NCBI GenBank assembly: GCA_040218735.1 | Contig: JAVJQW010000057.1 | Span: 288,001-352,000, forward strand | Length of the DNA: 64,000 bases | Direction of reading: 5' to 3' | From: Deltaproteobacteria bacterium | Lineage (GTDB): Bacteria; Myxococcota; Kuafuiibacteriia; Kuafuiibacteriales; Kuafuiibacteriaceae | In this document: positions 1-10,046 of the stretch, piece after piece | How positions within the stretch are numbered: position 1 is the first letter of the stretch | Layout: the number at the start of each line of letters is the position of its first letter | The notes under the pieces: model-generated | What the model saw: the letters and a program-made list of their open reading frames with translations, nothing else | What the model was told of the DNA's origin: nothing | Database searches by the model: none | Position numbers and translations under genes: made by a program

Positions 1-696
1 TTCTGGCCCGGGCCGCTCACCGTCGTCGCGAAGAAGGTCGACGCCGTCCCCGACCTCGTCACCGCCGGCCACGACACCGTCGCGGTCCGCGTCCCCGCCC
101 ACCCGATGGCCAGGGCGCTCCTCGAAGCGGTCGCCCTCCCCATCGCCGCGCCCAGCGCGAACCCGTTCGGTGCGGTGAGCCCGACCCGCGCCGAGCACGT
201 CGTCGCTCAGCTCGGCGATCGGGTGTCGATCGTCATCGACGGAGGCCCCTGCGAGGTCGGTGTGGAGTCGACCATCGTGGCGCTCGAGCCGACGCCGACC
301 CTCCTGCGGCCCGGCGGTGTCGCGCTCGAATCGCTGGAGCGTGTTCTCGGGAGCGTCATGCTCCCGGACGCCGCCGAATACACGACCGCCTCGCCCGGGC
401 GCCTTTCGAAGCACTACGCCACGTCGACGCCGCTGTATCTGGACCCGACCGAAGCGCCCGAAGGCGGCCGACGCGGGCTCCTCGCGTTCGAGGCCCCGGC
501 CGACGGCTACGAGGTCGTGGAGGTGCTGAGCCCCGCCGGCGACCTCGCGGAGGCGGCGCAGCGCCTCTTCGCCGCGATGCGTCGTCTGGACGCGCTCGAC
601 CTCGACGTGATCGTGGCCGAGCCGGTGCCGGAGACGGGTCTGGGGCGCGCGATCATGGACCGGCTCCGGCGCGCCGCCGCCAAACGCGGCCCGTGA
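1..696 (+). CDS. sua5: L-threonylcarbamoyladenylate synthase, Sua5/TsaC family with SUA5 C-terminal domain (5' truncated)
   Basis: Frame 1 is open from base 1 (FWPGPLT...VAVRVPAHP), then APSANPFG, GVESTIV, LLRPG, SPG..KHYA and AIMDRLRRAA motifs. Confidence 0.93.
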   Translation, partial: FWPGPLTVVAKKVDAVPDLVTAGHDTVAVRVPAHPMARALLEAVALPIAAPSANPFGAVSPTRAEHVVAQLGDRVSIVIDGGPCEVGVESTIVALEPTPTLLRPGGVALESLERVLGSVMLPDAAEYTTASPGRLSKHYATSTPLYLDPTEAPEGGRRGLLAFEAPADGYEVVEVLSPAGDLAEAAQRLFAAMRRLDALDLDVIVAEPVPETGLGRAIMDRLRRAAAKRGP

Positions 697-739
697 ACGC
701 TTGCCAAGACCCCGGCCGAAATGATGTACCGCGTCACGC

Positions 740-946
740 ATGACGACGCCGCAGATCGTCTTTTGGTCCATCACGGTGGGCCTGTGCGCCGTCCTGACCG
801 TCGTCATGTTCCCGGGCGTGAAGCGACACGCCGAGTCCGAGCGCGACAGCTGGATCGCGTCCTTCATGGCCTCGGCCCTCTTCTCGACGTCGGTGGGTTT
901 CGTCGTGTCCGCGATCGTCAACGCGGTCCTGGTGGCAGGAGGCTGA
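740..946 (+). CDS. small membrane protein (2 TM)
   Basis: 68 aa, two hydrophobic segments, GC3-rich codons, fits between co-oriented genes. Confidence 0.7.
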   Translation: MTTPQIVFWSITVGLCAVLTVVMFPGVKRHAESERDSWIASFMASALFSTSVGFVVSAIVNAVLVAGG

Positions 947-950
947 TCGC

Positions 951-1628
951 GTGCGCGTGGACGAGCTCGACCGCCGCCTCGACGCCGTCCTCGCGGACGG
1001 GCGTGTCTCGCGCGCGGAGCTGAAGGCGCTGCGCGCCGAGCTGGCCGACGCCGACCCCGACCGCATCCCCGAGCTACGCGCGCGCGTCTTCGACCGGGCG
1101 CGAGCGAGCGCCGAACACCTCGGCGCCGCCGCGACGCTCGACTGGGTCGAAGCCGTCGTCAAAGCGATGACCGTCCCGGCCGAGGCGCCGGTGAAGTCCG
1201 CCGCGTTCTTCAGCCCCGGCGAAGAGTGCCTCAACGCGATCCTCGCGGCGCTCCGCACCGTGCAGAAGAGCGCGGACATCTGCGTCTTCACGATCACCGA
1301 CAACCGCATCGCGGACGGGATCCTCGGCGCGCACCAACGCGGCGTGAACGTGCGGGTGATCAGCGACGACGACAAGTCGGAGGACCGCGGCTCGGACGTG
1401 GACCGCATCGGCTTCTCGGGGGTCGCGCTCAAGTACGACGACTCACCGGCGCACATGCACCACAAGTTCGCGGTGTTCGATCGCGAACGGCTGCTCACCG
1501 GCAGCTACAACTGGACGCGAAGCGCGGCGCGCGAGAACCACGAGAACATCCTCGTGACGACGGATCGCGGCCTCGTCGCGCGCTACCAACACGAATTCGA
1601 TCGGCTGTGGTCCGACCTAGGGAGATGA
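951..1628 (+). CDS. phospholipase D-family nuclease-like protein (single HKD)
   Basis: HMHHKFAVFD...TGSYNWT..A...NHEN motif after a helical N-terminal domain. Confidence 0.9.
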   Translation: MRVDELDRRLDAVLADGRVSRAELKALRAELADADPDRIPELRARVFDRARASAEHLGAAATLDWVEAVVKAMTVPAEAPVKSAAFFSPGEECLNAILAALRTVQKSADICVFTITDNRIADGILGAHQRGVNVRVISDDDKSEDRGSDVDRIGFSGVALKYDDSPAHMHHKFAVFDRERLLTGSYNWTRSAARENHENILVTTDRGLVARYQHEFDRLWSDLGR

Positions 1629-3445
1629 CGATGACGAGCTACCGTTCCGTGGCAGACATGTTCGAGAAGCGTGTCGCCTCCACCCCCAACAACCTCGCCT
1701 ATCAGTTCCCGGAAGGGGAGTCGGGCTGGCGCGGCATCACCTGGCGCGAAGCCGGTGAGCGTGTCCGCGCGATCGCGTGCGGCCTGCGGTCGCTGGGCCT
1801 CGAAGACGAGCAGCGCGTCGCGATTCAGTCGACCACGCGCGTCGAGTGGATCCTCGCCGACTTCGGCATCCTGTGTGGCGCCGGCGCGACGACGACGGTG
1901 TACCCGTCGAACACCTCCGAGGAGTGCGCGTTCATCCTGAGCGACTCCGAGACCGTCATGGTCTTCGCGGAGAACGACGAGCAGGTGCAGAAGCTCGTCG
2001 AGGCCAAGCCGAACATCCCCACGGTGAAGCAGGTCATCACCTTCGAAGGGAAGGCGAGCGACGACGGTTGGGTCATGACGCTCGACGACCTCATCGAGAA
2101 GGGCAAAGCGTGGGACGCCGAGAACGAAGGTCAGTACACGAAGATCGTCGAGAGCGTAGAGAGCACCGACCTCGCGACGTTGATCTATACGTCCGGGACG
2201 ACCGGCCGGCCGAAGGGGGTGGAGCTCACCCACGACTGCTGGGTGTTCGAGGGTGAGGCGATCCGCGAGACGGGCATCCTGCGCGCGGACGACCACCAGT
2301 ACCTGTGGCTCCCGCTGTCGCACTCGTTCGGCAAGGTGCTCGAGGTCGCGCAGCTCGCGGTCGGGTTCCCGACCACGGTCGACGGTCGCATCCCGAAGCT
2401 CGTCGACAACCTCGGCGTCATCAAGCCGACGTTCATGGCGGCGGCGCCGCGCATCTTCGAGAAGGTCTACAACAAGGTCGTGACCGGCGCGGCCGAGGCC
2501 GGCGGGATGAAGTACAAGATCTTCTCCTGGTCGGTGCAGGTCGGCCGTGAGGTCTCCGCGCTGAAGCAGCAGGGGCAGGAGCCCGGCGGCATGCTCGCGA
2601 TGAAGTTCTCCATCGCGGACAAACTCGTGTTCTCGAAGCTGCGCGATCGTTTCGGCGGGCGCATTCGTTTCTTCATCTCCGGCAGCGCGCCGCTGTCGCG
2701 CGAGATGGCAGAGTTCTTCCACGCGGCGAACATCCTCATCTGCGAGGGCTACGGGCTCACCGAGTCCAGCGCGGCGAGCTTCGTGAACCTACCGGGTGAG
2801 TTCCGGTTCGGCACCGTCGGCAAGCCCGTTCCGGGCGTGAAGGTGAAGATCGCGGACGACGGCGAGATCCTCCTCGGCGGCCGCGGGATCATGCGCGGTT
2901 ACCGCAACCTCCCCGACGTCACGTCCGAGACGCTCAACGAAGAAGGCTGGCTGATGACCGGCGACATCGGTGAGCTCGACGGCGACGGGTTCCTGAAGAT
3001 CACCGACCGCAAGAAGGACCTCATCAAGACGTCCGGCGGTAAGTACATCGCGCCGCAGAAGATCGAAGGCACGCTGAAGGCGCTGTGCCCGTACCTCAGC
3101 CAGGTCATCGTGCACGGCGACCGCCGAAACTTCTGCTCCGCGCTGGTGACGCTCGACGACGAGGCGATTCCGAAGTGGGCCGCCGAGCACGGCGTGGCCG
3201 GGAGCACCGCGGCGGACTTCTGCAAGGACGCGAAGGTCATCGCGATGGTCCAGGAGGCGGTCGACGAGCTGAACAAACAGCTCGCGAGCTACGAGACGAT
3301 CAAGAAGTTCGAGATCCTCGAACGCGACCTCACGATCGAGGACGGCGAGCTGACCGCGAGCCTGAAGGTGAAGCGCAAGGTCGTCGAGAAGAAACACATG
3401 GACAAACTCGACGCCTTCTACGGCGACGCCATGAAGAAGATCTGA
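1625..3445 (+). CDS. long-chain fatty acid-CoA ligase (AMP-dependent synthetase)
   Basis: YTSGTTGRPKG, GYGLTE, TGDIG, DRKKDLIKTSGGKYIAP. Start at ATG 1625 or 1631 (ORF-track start 1226 is an upstream extension). Confidence 0.93.
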   Translation: MTMTSYRSVADMFEKRVASTPNNLAYQFPEGESGWRGITWREAGERVRAIACGLRSLGLEDEQRVAIQSTTRVEWILADFGILCGAGATTTVYPSNTSEECAFILSDSETVMVFAENDEQVQKLVEAKPNIPTVKQVITFEGKASDDGWVMTLDDLIEKGKAWDAENEGQYTKIVESVESTDLATLIYTSGTTGRPKGVELTHDCWVFEGEAIRETGILRADDHQYLWLPLSHSFGKVLEVAQLAVGFPTTVDGRIPKLVDNLGVIKPTFMAAAPRIFEKVYNKVVTGAAEAGGMKYKIFSWSVQVGREVSALKQQGQEPGGMLAMKFSIADKLVFSKLRDRFGGRIRFFISGSAPLSREMAEFFHAANILICEGYGLTESSAASFVNLPGEFRFGTVGKPVPGVKVKIADDGEILLGGRGIMRGYRNLPDVTSETLNEEGWLMTGDIGELDGDGFLKITDRKKDLIKTSGGKYIAPQKIEGTLKALCPYLSQVIVHGDRRNFCSALVTLDDEAIPKWAAEHGVAGSTAADFCKDAKVIAMVQEAVDELNKQLASYETIKKFEILERDLTIEDGELTASLKVKRKVVEKKHMDKLDAFYGDAMKKI

Positions 3446-4571
3446 TCCCCACCCCCAACAACACGATCGCGAGCGCCGCGCCGAACGAAGGGCGGCCCGC
3501 GGTCGTGCATCCGCCGCTCGGCTCCGACACCATCGGCTCGGGCATCGGCTCCGTCAGCCCCGCCTCCGTCCGAAGGTCGTTCCACTGGAAGTCACAGGTC
3601 GCGGCCTGGTCGGTCGTCAGGCCCTCCACGCTCGGCGACTCGACCCACGGCATCAGGAACACCGGTTCGCCGAGCGCCCCGTCGTCGGCCATCGCGAAGA
3701 CCTGCAAGTTCGAGCAAGCGTAGGCGCCCGCGGGGCCGTGCCCGAAGCACGTGACCTGCCGATCGTCGCCCGTCGGGGTCGCGACACCTTCGTTCACCAC
3801 GTGCAGCGCACTATCGATTGAAACGAACATCCGCCCATCGAGCCGCGTCACCGCGCCGACGATACCCGGCGTCTCGAACACGATCTCCATGACGCCCCCC
3901 ACCCGCTCCATCACGACGGAGGACACCGCGTCCGTCGCCACGGCGAACCGCGCGCCGTCCGGCGATGCGTGCAAGCTCACCTCCCAGGCGAGCCGCGGTA
4001 CGCCGTAGGTCGACGTCACGGTCCCCGCCACGTCGAGCTCCGTGAACTCGACCACCGACGCGGTCGTCGTGCGCGCGAGCAGCAGGCCGTCGTCGGTCGC
4101 GATGAGGTCCTGCCAAGGGTCGCGGTCCGCGAAGATGCGCTCCGGGCCCTCCTCGCGGAGACGGTAGAGCGCCGAGCCCTTCCCCTCGAGCACCAGCGCA
4201 AACGCACCTTCGGGGAGCACGGCGAGCTCCGGGAGCGCGACGACCGTCACGTCACCGAACTTGTCGGTGAGCGGCGTGAGGTCCGGCTCGAACAGCTGCG
4301 CGCCGTCGATCGTCACGAGCCACGTGCGGTCGTCGGCGGCGATCGCGGGCGGCGTATCGGGCCCGCCGTGCCGGACCGGGCACACGTAGCGCCATACTTC
4401 GTCCTCGCGGAGGACCAGCCCGTACGTGGTGAGGAGCAGCTGCGGGCGCGCCCCCGCGTCGTAGCGAACGACGCCGAGCGTTCGGGGCGCCAGGTGCGCC
4501 TCCGCCGTCCCCGCGAAGCCGAGCGCGAGGAGCGCTGCGATGAGCCCCCGCTTCAAGACGGACGTCATCAT
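3330..4571 (-). CDS. secreted beta-rich protein with MYXO-CTERM-like C-terminal sorting signal
   Basis: Signal peptide ending AEA-H, and a C-terminal SGGC + hydrophobic helix + RRRRRRR. The tail overlaps the 3' end of the acyl-CoA ligase. Confidence 0.7.
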   Translation of the reverse strand: MMTSVLKRGLIAALLALGFAGTAEAHLAPRTLGVVRYDAGARPQLLLTTYGLVLREDEVWRYVCPVRHGGPDTPPAIAADDRTWLVTIDGAQLFEPDLTPLTDKFGDVTVVALPELAVLPEGAFALVLEGKGSALYRLREEGPERIFADRDPWQDLIATDDGLLLARTTTASVVEFTELDVAGTVTSTYGVPRLAWEVSLHASPDGARFAVATDAVSSVVMERVGGVMEIVFETPGIVGAVTRLDGRMFVSIDSALHVVNEGVATPTGDDRQVTCFGHGPAGAYACSNLQVFAMADDGALGEPVFLMPWVESPSVEGLTTDQAATCDFQWNDLRTEAGLTEPMPEPMVSEPSGGCTTAGRPSFGAALAIVLLGVGIRSSSWRRRRRRRVCPCVSSRRPCASPSGSRSARRPRS

Positions 4572-4659
4572 CGAGCGCCCGCCCCGATGGACGCAACCGG
4601 CGTGCGTCGGCGCACCTTGCGACCAACGTCACGCAGATTCGCCGACGCGATTCGAGGGA

Positions 4660-4684
4660 CGCAGTTGCCACAAACGCAACTGCG
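4660..4684. promoter_or_regulatory. palindrome, candidate enhancer-binding-protein site
   Basis: CGCAGTTGC-N7-GCAACTGCG perfect inverted repeat about 50 bp upstream of a sigma54-like promoter. Confidence 0.5.
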
Positions 4685-4730
4685 GTCGCCGCCGTGGTCC
4701 CGATCCGTGCACGAGGGGGCTCCGCGGAGC

Positions 4731-4747
4731 CTGGCACGAAGCCTGCG
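4731..4747 (+). promoter_or_regulatory. sigma54 (-24/-12) promoter
   Basis: CTGGCACGAAGCCTGCG versus consensus YTGGCACG-N4-TTGCW, with correct GG-N10-GC spacing, 21 nt before ATG 4769. Confidence 0.65.
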
Positions 4748-4768
4748 ACTAAGAGGCCCACCACACTC

Positions 4769-7225
4769 ATGGCACCGCGAATCCGAGAATCCGACCCCAC
4801 CCGCCGCGTCGACCGCCCCGACCTCACGCACCCGCGCGTGACCTCGCGTCCGGTCCGCACCGAGGCGCCCCGCGACGTCGAGGGCCCCGCCACCGTCGAG
4901 CGCCCGCGTTGGGAGCGGTCGGAGGCGTACGCGGAGCGCGCGCCGCGCGTGGGTGACGGCGACCGAGCGGAGACCGACGACCCTCGCGGCCCCGAGTTCC
5001 GGAGCATCGGTGCCTCGGGATCGACGGCGCGCCCCTCCGGCGCGCAAGCGGCGCCCGGCGCATCGAGTGTGCGGGCGAGCCGGCGCACGGGCATCGGCGC
5101 GGGGGGCGGCTCGGCGCGGCCCAGCGACTCGCCGGCGGACGCGCCCGGCGGGATGGACCGCGCCGCGGCGCGGGCGATCATCGACGAGGCGATGTCGAAG
5201 GCCGTGACGGACCTCGACTCGGACGACTACGTCCGCAACAACGTCACCGCCGAAGTCCTCGCCCACGCCACCGTCGAAGAGAAGGCGCACATGCTCCGCT
5301 CGCTGATGGACGGCTGGACCGGCGAGGAAGACCAGGCGGCGATGGCGCGCATCCTCGAGAGCGTCGGTTCCCCCGCCGAGATGGAGACGCTGCTCCGCCG
5401 GGCCGGCGGCGCCGAGGCCGTACTGAGTGAGCTCGGCGAGACGCAGCTCGACGCGGTCGCGAACCACTTCCGCGGTCAGGGCGCGAACGGCGCACGGATG
5501 CTGATCACGATCTCGAACGAGCTCGACACCAGCAGCAGCTGGTCCGACGACTTCGTGCGCAACCACATCGACGCGAGTGTGTTGCAGCACGCGACGAACG
5601 AAGAGAAAGGCCGGATGCTCCGCCACCTGATGGAGGGCATCACGGTCGCCGAGGACGAGGCCGCGATGGCGCGCATCCTCTCTTCGGTGACGAGCCCCGA
5701 CGACATGATGGAGGTCATCGCGGCGGCGGGCGGCAGCGAGGCCGTGATGGACGAGCTCGAAGGCGCGACGTCCACGTTCATGCAGCACCTCGACAGCCTC
5801 GGCGCCGACGGCGACCAGATCATCGCGCGCATGGCCGCGGACTACGCGGTGGGCTCGTGGGAGTCGGACGACTTCGTACGCAACTACGTGGACGCCGACG
5901 TCCTGCAGCACGCGACGCAAGATCAGAAGGCGCACATGCTCCGCTCGTTGATGGACGGCTGGACCGGCGAAGGCGACGAGCAGGCGATGGTCCGCGTCCT
6001 CAACAGCGCGACGGACCGCGCCGACCTCGAGGCGCTCATGACCGCCGCGGGCGGCGCCGACACGATCTGGAACGAGCTGGAAGGCCAGCAGAGCGCGTTC
6101 ATCGCCGAGCTCCGCGGACGCGGCGCGACCGGCGAGGAGATGATCCTCGGCCTCGCGCTCGCGCACTCCGACGACTCGACGGGCGCGCAGCTCATCCGCG
6201 ACCACGTGGATGCGCGGGTGCTCGCCCACGCCACCGTCGCCGAGAAGGGTGCGCTCGTCGCGGCGCTCCGCGCGGCGGGGACGAGCAGCGAGAACCAGGC
6301 GGCGATCCGCGAGATCCTCCGCTCGGCCGCGAACCCGGTCGAGCTGATGGACATCGCGCAGGCCGCGGGCGGCGTGCAGCAGGTGCTCGGTCTGACGCCG
6401 GCGCAGCGGCAGCTCGTGACCGACGCGTACAACGCCAACTCCGGCGACGCGACGTTCACGCAGAACCTCGAGAACCTGATCACCGACCCGAACTTCACGC
6501 GACTGTCGTCCGACCAGCGGACGGCCGTGCTGAGCCAGGCGAAGAACTACCCGGACGCGCGCTCGGTCGCGAACCTCACGCGGCTGATGAGCAAGGACTG
6601 GTTCCGCTCGATGTCCCTCGCGGACACGCAGCGTTCGGCGGCGATGATCGCCTACGTCTCGCAGCACGCGGGCGATAGGACGATCATCGACAACACCCTC
6701 GACCGCTTCCTCGCGGACGACGCGCCGTACACGTTCGACTGGGGCGAGACGGGCACGCCGTACGGCTCGGCGGGGTCGGACACGTTCCACTTCAACCGCG
6801 CGTACCTCCCGGCCGGCAACGGTCCGGTCGACACGACGAACGCCAACACGCTCCACATGGTCACCCACACCGTGGCGCACGAAGTGAACCACCTCGTGAA
6901 CAACGATCGTGTGCGTGAGTCGTTCGACTACTTCATGGAGGAGTACCGTGCGTTCTACGTCGGCTTCCGCGCGCAGCACGGTCGCGACCCGACCCGCGCC
7001 GAGGTCCTCAACCGCGTCCGTGGCCTCCTGACCGCGAACTCGGGCGCCTACAACAGCATCCGCCTCGCCCTCGCCGACGCGACGGAGGGCCCGCGCTTCC
7101 TCCCGTTCCTGCAGCAGGTGCTCGGTCGCAACGACGTGACCCAGGCAAATGCTGGTACGCTCCCCGTCGTGAACGGAGGCGCCCCGGCGCCCGCCCCCAC
7201 CGACGGCGGAGACATGGACAATTGA
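4769..7225 (+). CDS. large protein: disordered N-terminus, four ~107-aa helical repeats, C-terminal HExxH metallopeptidase-like domain
   Basis: Repeats SDD(Y/F)VRN..VL.HAT..EK..MLR.LM(D/E)G.T..EDE.AM.RIL, then VAHEVNH followed by EEYRA. No signal peptide. Confidence 0.8.
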   Translation: MAPRIRESDPTRRVDRPDLTHPRVTSRPVRTEAPRDVEGPATVERPRWERSEAYAERAPRVGDGDRAETDDPRGPEFRSIGASGSTARPSGAQAAPGASSVRASRRTGIGAGGGSARPSDSPADAPGGMDRAAARAIIDEAMSKAVTDLDSDDYVRNNVTAEVLAHATVEEKAHMLRSLMDGWTGEEDQAAMARILESVGSPAEMETLLRRAGGAEAVLSELGETQLDAVANHFRGQGANGARMLITISNELDTSSSWSDDFVRNHIDASVLQHATNEEKGRMLRHLMEGITVAEDEAAMARILSSVTSPDDMMEVIAAAGGSEAVMDELEGATSTFMQHLDSLGADGDQIIARMAADYAVGSWESDDFVRNYVDADVLQHATQDQKAHMLRSLMDGWTGEGDEQAMVRVLNSATDRADLEALMTAAGGADTIWNELEGQQSAFIAELRGRGATGEEMILGLALAHSDDSTGAQLIRDHVDARVLAHATVAEKGALVAALRAAGTSSENQAAIREILRSAANPVELMDIAQAAGGVQQVLGLTPAQRQLVTDAYNANSGDATFTQNLENLITDPNFTRLSSDQRTAVLSQAKNYPDARSVANLTRLMSKDWFRSMSLADTQRSAAMIAYVSQHAGDRTIIDNTLDRFLADDAPYTFDWGETGTPYGSAGSDTFHFNRAYLPAGNGPVDTTNANTLHMVTHTVAHEVNHLVNNDRVRESFDYFMEEYRAFYVGFRAQHGRDPTRAEVLNRVRGLLTANSGAYNSIRLALADATEGPRFLPFLQQVLGRNDVTQANAGTLPVVNGGAPAPAPTDGGDMDN
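5216..6400 (+). repeat. intragenic tandem repeat, about 321-bp unit x4
   Basis: Units start near 5216, 5540, 5861 and 6179. AAGGCGCACATGCTCCGCTCG.TGATGGACGGCTGGACCGGCGA recurs in units 1 and 3. Confidence 0.85.
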
Positions 7226-7230
7226 GAAGG

Positions 7231-7806
7231 ATGCTGTACGCCCTCGCCCTCGGCGCGCTGATCTCGGCGTGCCCCGCGAAGCCGAACACGATGAGAGAAG
7301 GTACCCAGATGTCCAAGCACGAAGACCGAATCAAGAGCGAAGCCGCCCAGCAGATGAGCTGGAGCGCGGGTGACGTCGTGGTCGAGACGATCGACGCGAT
7401 CGAGCTCGGTGGCTGCCACTTCTACGGCGCGTTCCACGCGACCAAGCCCACCGGCGCCCCCCTCGCCTACGCCGTCCTCGCGAACGGCGAGGTCGTCGGC
7501 CAGGCGAAGCAGGACGCGGTCGACGCGATCGCGGCGGGCTGCCGAACGGACGGCGCGAGCGCCAAGAGCTGGGCCGAGCTGCTCGCCCGCTTCGACACGA
7601 AGGTCGCGCCCGGGCAGGTCCTCTACGCACCGCCCCCGCCCATCGAGGAGGGTGACGCCCCGGACGCACGCATCCAGGCGCCGAAGCTCGACAACGGGAC
7701 GCTCACGTTCTTCACCCACAACATGCACACCGACCGCACCTACGTCGTGACGGCGAAGGTCTCGGACGGCGGCGTGTCGGACGTCCAGGCGAAGGACCAC
7801 TCCTGA
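7231..7806 (+). CDS. lipoprotein, candidate immunity/partner protein
   Basis: Lipobox-like LISA-C. Starts 5 nt after the upstream stop (alternative TTG at 7222 overlaps it). Confidence 0.7.
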   Translation: MLYALALGALISACPAKPNTMREGTQMSKHEDRIKSEAAQQMSWSAGDVVVETIDAIELGGCHFYGAFHATKPTGAPLAYAVLANGEVVGQAKQDAVDAIAAGCRTDGASAKSWAELLARFDTKVAPGQVLYAPPPPIEEGDAPDARIQAPKLDNGTLTFFTHNMHTDRTYVVTAKVSDGGVSDVQAKDHS

Positions 7807-7835
7807 TTGACGGTGCTGCGCCACGTGCGCAGTAC
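7807..7835 (+). promoter_or_regulatory. sigma70-like promoter for a leaderless uORF/tuf transcript
   Basis: TTGACG (7807-7812), 17 nt, CAGTAC (7830-7835), 7 nt, ATG 7843. Confidence 0.5.
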
Positions 7836-7842
7836 CTCCGTC

Positions 7843-7923
7843 ATGCGCTTTCGCGCCCGCTCATCAGATTCGCGTTCGAACGACTCGGTCGAGTCGTCGG
7901 CGGATCCGAGCGATCTTCGGTAG
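7843..7923 (+). CDS. putative leader peptide (26 aa, MRFRARSSDSRSNDSVESSADPSDLR)
   Basis: ATG..TAG uORF directly after the promoter, inside a highly structured 5' leader. Confidence 0.5.
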   Translation: MRFRARSSDSRSNDSVESSADPSDLR

Positions 7924-8034
7924 CGGGCCTTCGCGCATTCTCACTGAACAAGTCAGCTCGGTTTCGCCGCACGCTCTTTTCGCGTGCGGTCCGGGGCCTC
8001 CGTCCGCACGCGCTACGACAAGGAGGAGGCACCC
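7843..8034 (+). promoter_or_regulatory. putative translational attenuator (alternative helices plus anti-SD)
   Basis: Pairings 7843-7861:7922-7938, 7898-7911:7956-7969, 7967-7974:7982-7989, 7981-7989:8004-8012 and anti-SD 7993-8005:8022-8034. Confidence 0.65.
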
Positions 8035-9204
<1,170 letters not shown>

Positions 9205-9211
9205 ATTGAAC

Positions 9212-9240
9212 GGGGCGGCGGCGCGTTGCGCCGTCGCCCC
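9212..9240. terminator. hairpin between convergent genes
   Basis: GGGGCGGCGGCGC-GTT-GCGCCGTCGCCCC, 13-bp stem. Confidence 0.6.
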
Positions 9241-9254
9241 ACCTTCGATGACCT

Positions 9255-9974
9255 TCAGAAGACGTAGCCCGCTCCGAGCTGGAACACGTGGTACGTGTTG
9301 AATGGGCTCGATTGGAACTCGTCCGTGAGGCGAGCGACGAGCGCGCGGCGGTCGGCGTCCGAGAGCGCGACGCCCTGCACGTCGATCTGGGGGGACGGCG
9401 CACCGAACATCCACCAGCCCGACCACTCCGCGTGGATCGAGAGCCCGAAGTCGAAGGCGTACGCGTAGCCGAGCCCGATCGCGGGGCGAAGGCCCGCGGG
9501 GCGCGACTGAACGAGCGTGACGGCACCGTCGTAGGTCGACGAACCGATCTGCCGCGAGCGCGCGTCGAACCGCATCGTCTCGGTGTCGCGATCGTTGAAG
9601 ACCACCCCGAGCGAGACGTACGGCGACAGCCGATGCGGCCGGATGCGGGTCTGGAGGTACGCGCGCTGACCTACCTCCTCGCTGGACTCCAGCAAACCGC
9701 CGAAGCCGACCGCGTTGGCGTTGAAGGAGGAACCGTCGCGCTGGATGTCGTCGGCGATCTGGTAAGTGAAGCCGACGTAGACCAGATCGTTGAAGTGATA
9801 GCCGACGTCGAAGCCGAGCTTGAAGGACCCGCCGAAGGGCAGCTCGCCGAAGTTGAGGCCCACCTGCCAGACGCCGTCGAGCGCGCTGACGTCGCTCTCG
9901 AACGTGGTCTGCGCGTGAACCGGGAGGCTGACGAGGGTGAGGAGGGTCGTGGTGAGGAGCAGCGTGTTGTTCAT
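9255..9974 (-). CDS. outer-membrane beta-barrel protein
   Basis: Signal peptide (VHA-Q), alternating beta strands, C-terminal LGAGYVF. Confidence 0.75.
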   Translation of the reverse strand: MNNTLLLTTTLLTLVSLPVHAQTTFESDVSALDGVWQVGLNFGELPFGGSFKLGFDVGYHFNDLVYVGFTYQIADDIQRDGSSFNANAVGFGGLLESSEEVGQRAYLQTRIRPHRLSPYVSLGVVFNDRDTETMRFDARSRQIGSSTYDGAVTLVQSRPAGLRPAIGLGYAYAFDFGLSIHAEWSGWWMFGAPSPQIDVQGVALSDADRRALVARLTDEFQSSPFNTYHVFQLGAGYVF

Positions 9975-10015
9975 GCGTCGACGATGCCGCTTCGACGCGG
10001 CGCCGACTCGAACGA

Positions 10016-10045
10016 GCGCGCCGAAGACGTTGGACGATCGCGCCA
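10016..10045 (-). promoter_or_regulatory. candidate AraC operator, copy 1
   Basis: GCGCGCCGAAGACGTTGGACGATCGCGCCA, 27/30 identical to 12570-12599. Both start 42 nt from the downstream start codon. Confidence 0.7.
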
Positions 10046-10046
10046 G

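Noticed and set aside
951-1628. PLD nuclease as an anti-phage defence system
   Set aside because: Single-HKD protein embedded among housekeeping genes, with no helicase, methylase or other defence partners adjacent.
4568-6979. 803-aa minus-strand ORF and similar long ORFs (7864-9426, 9288-11315, 22508-24175, 31675-34275, 43850-46348, 47450-49537)
   Set aside because: Antisense or off-frame shadows of well-supported genes. They are Arg/Val/His-rich with no motifs, as expected in high-GC DNA.
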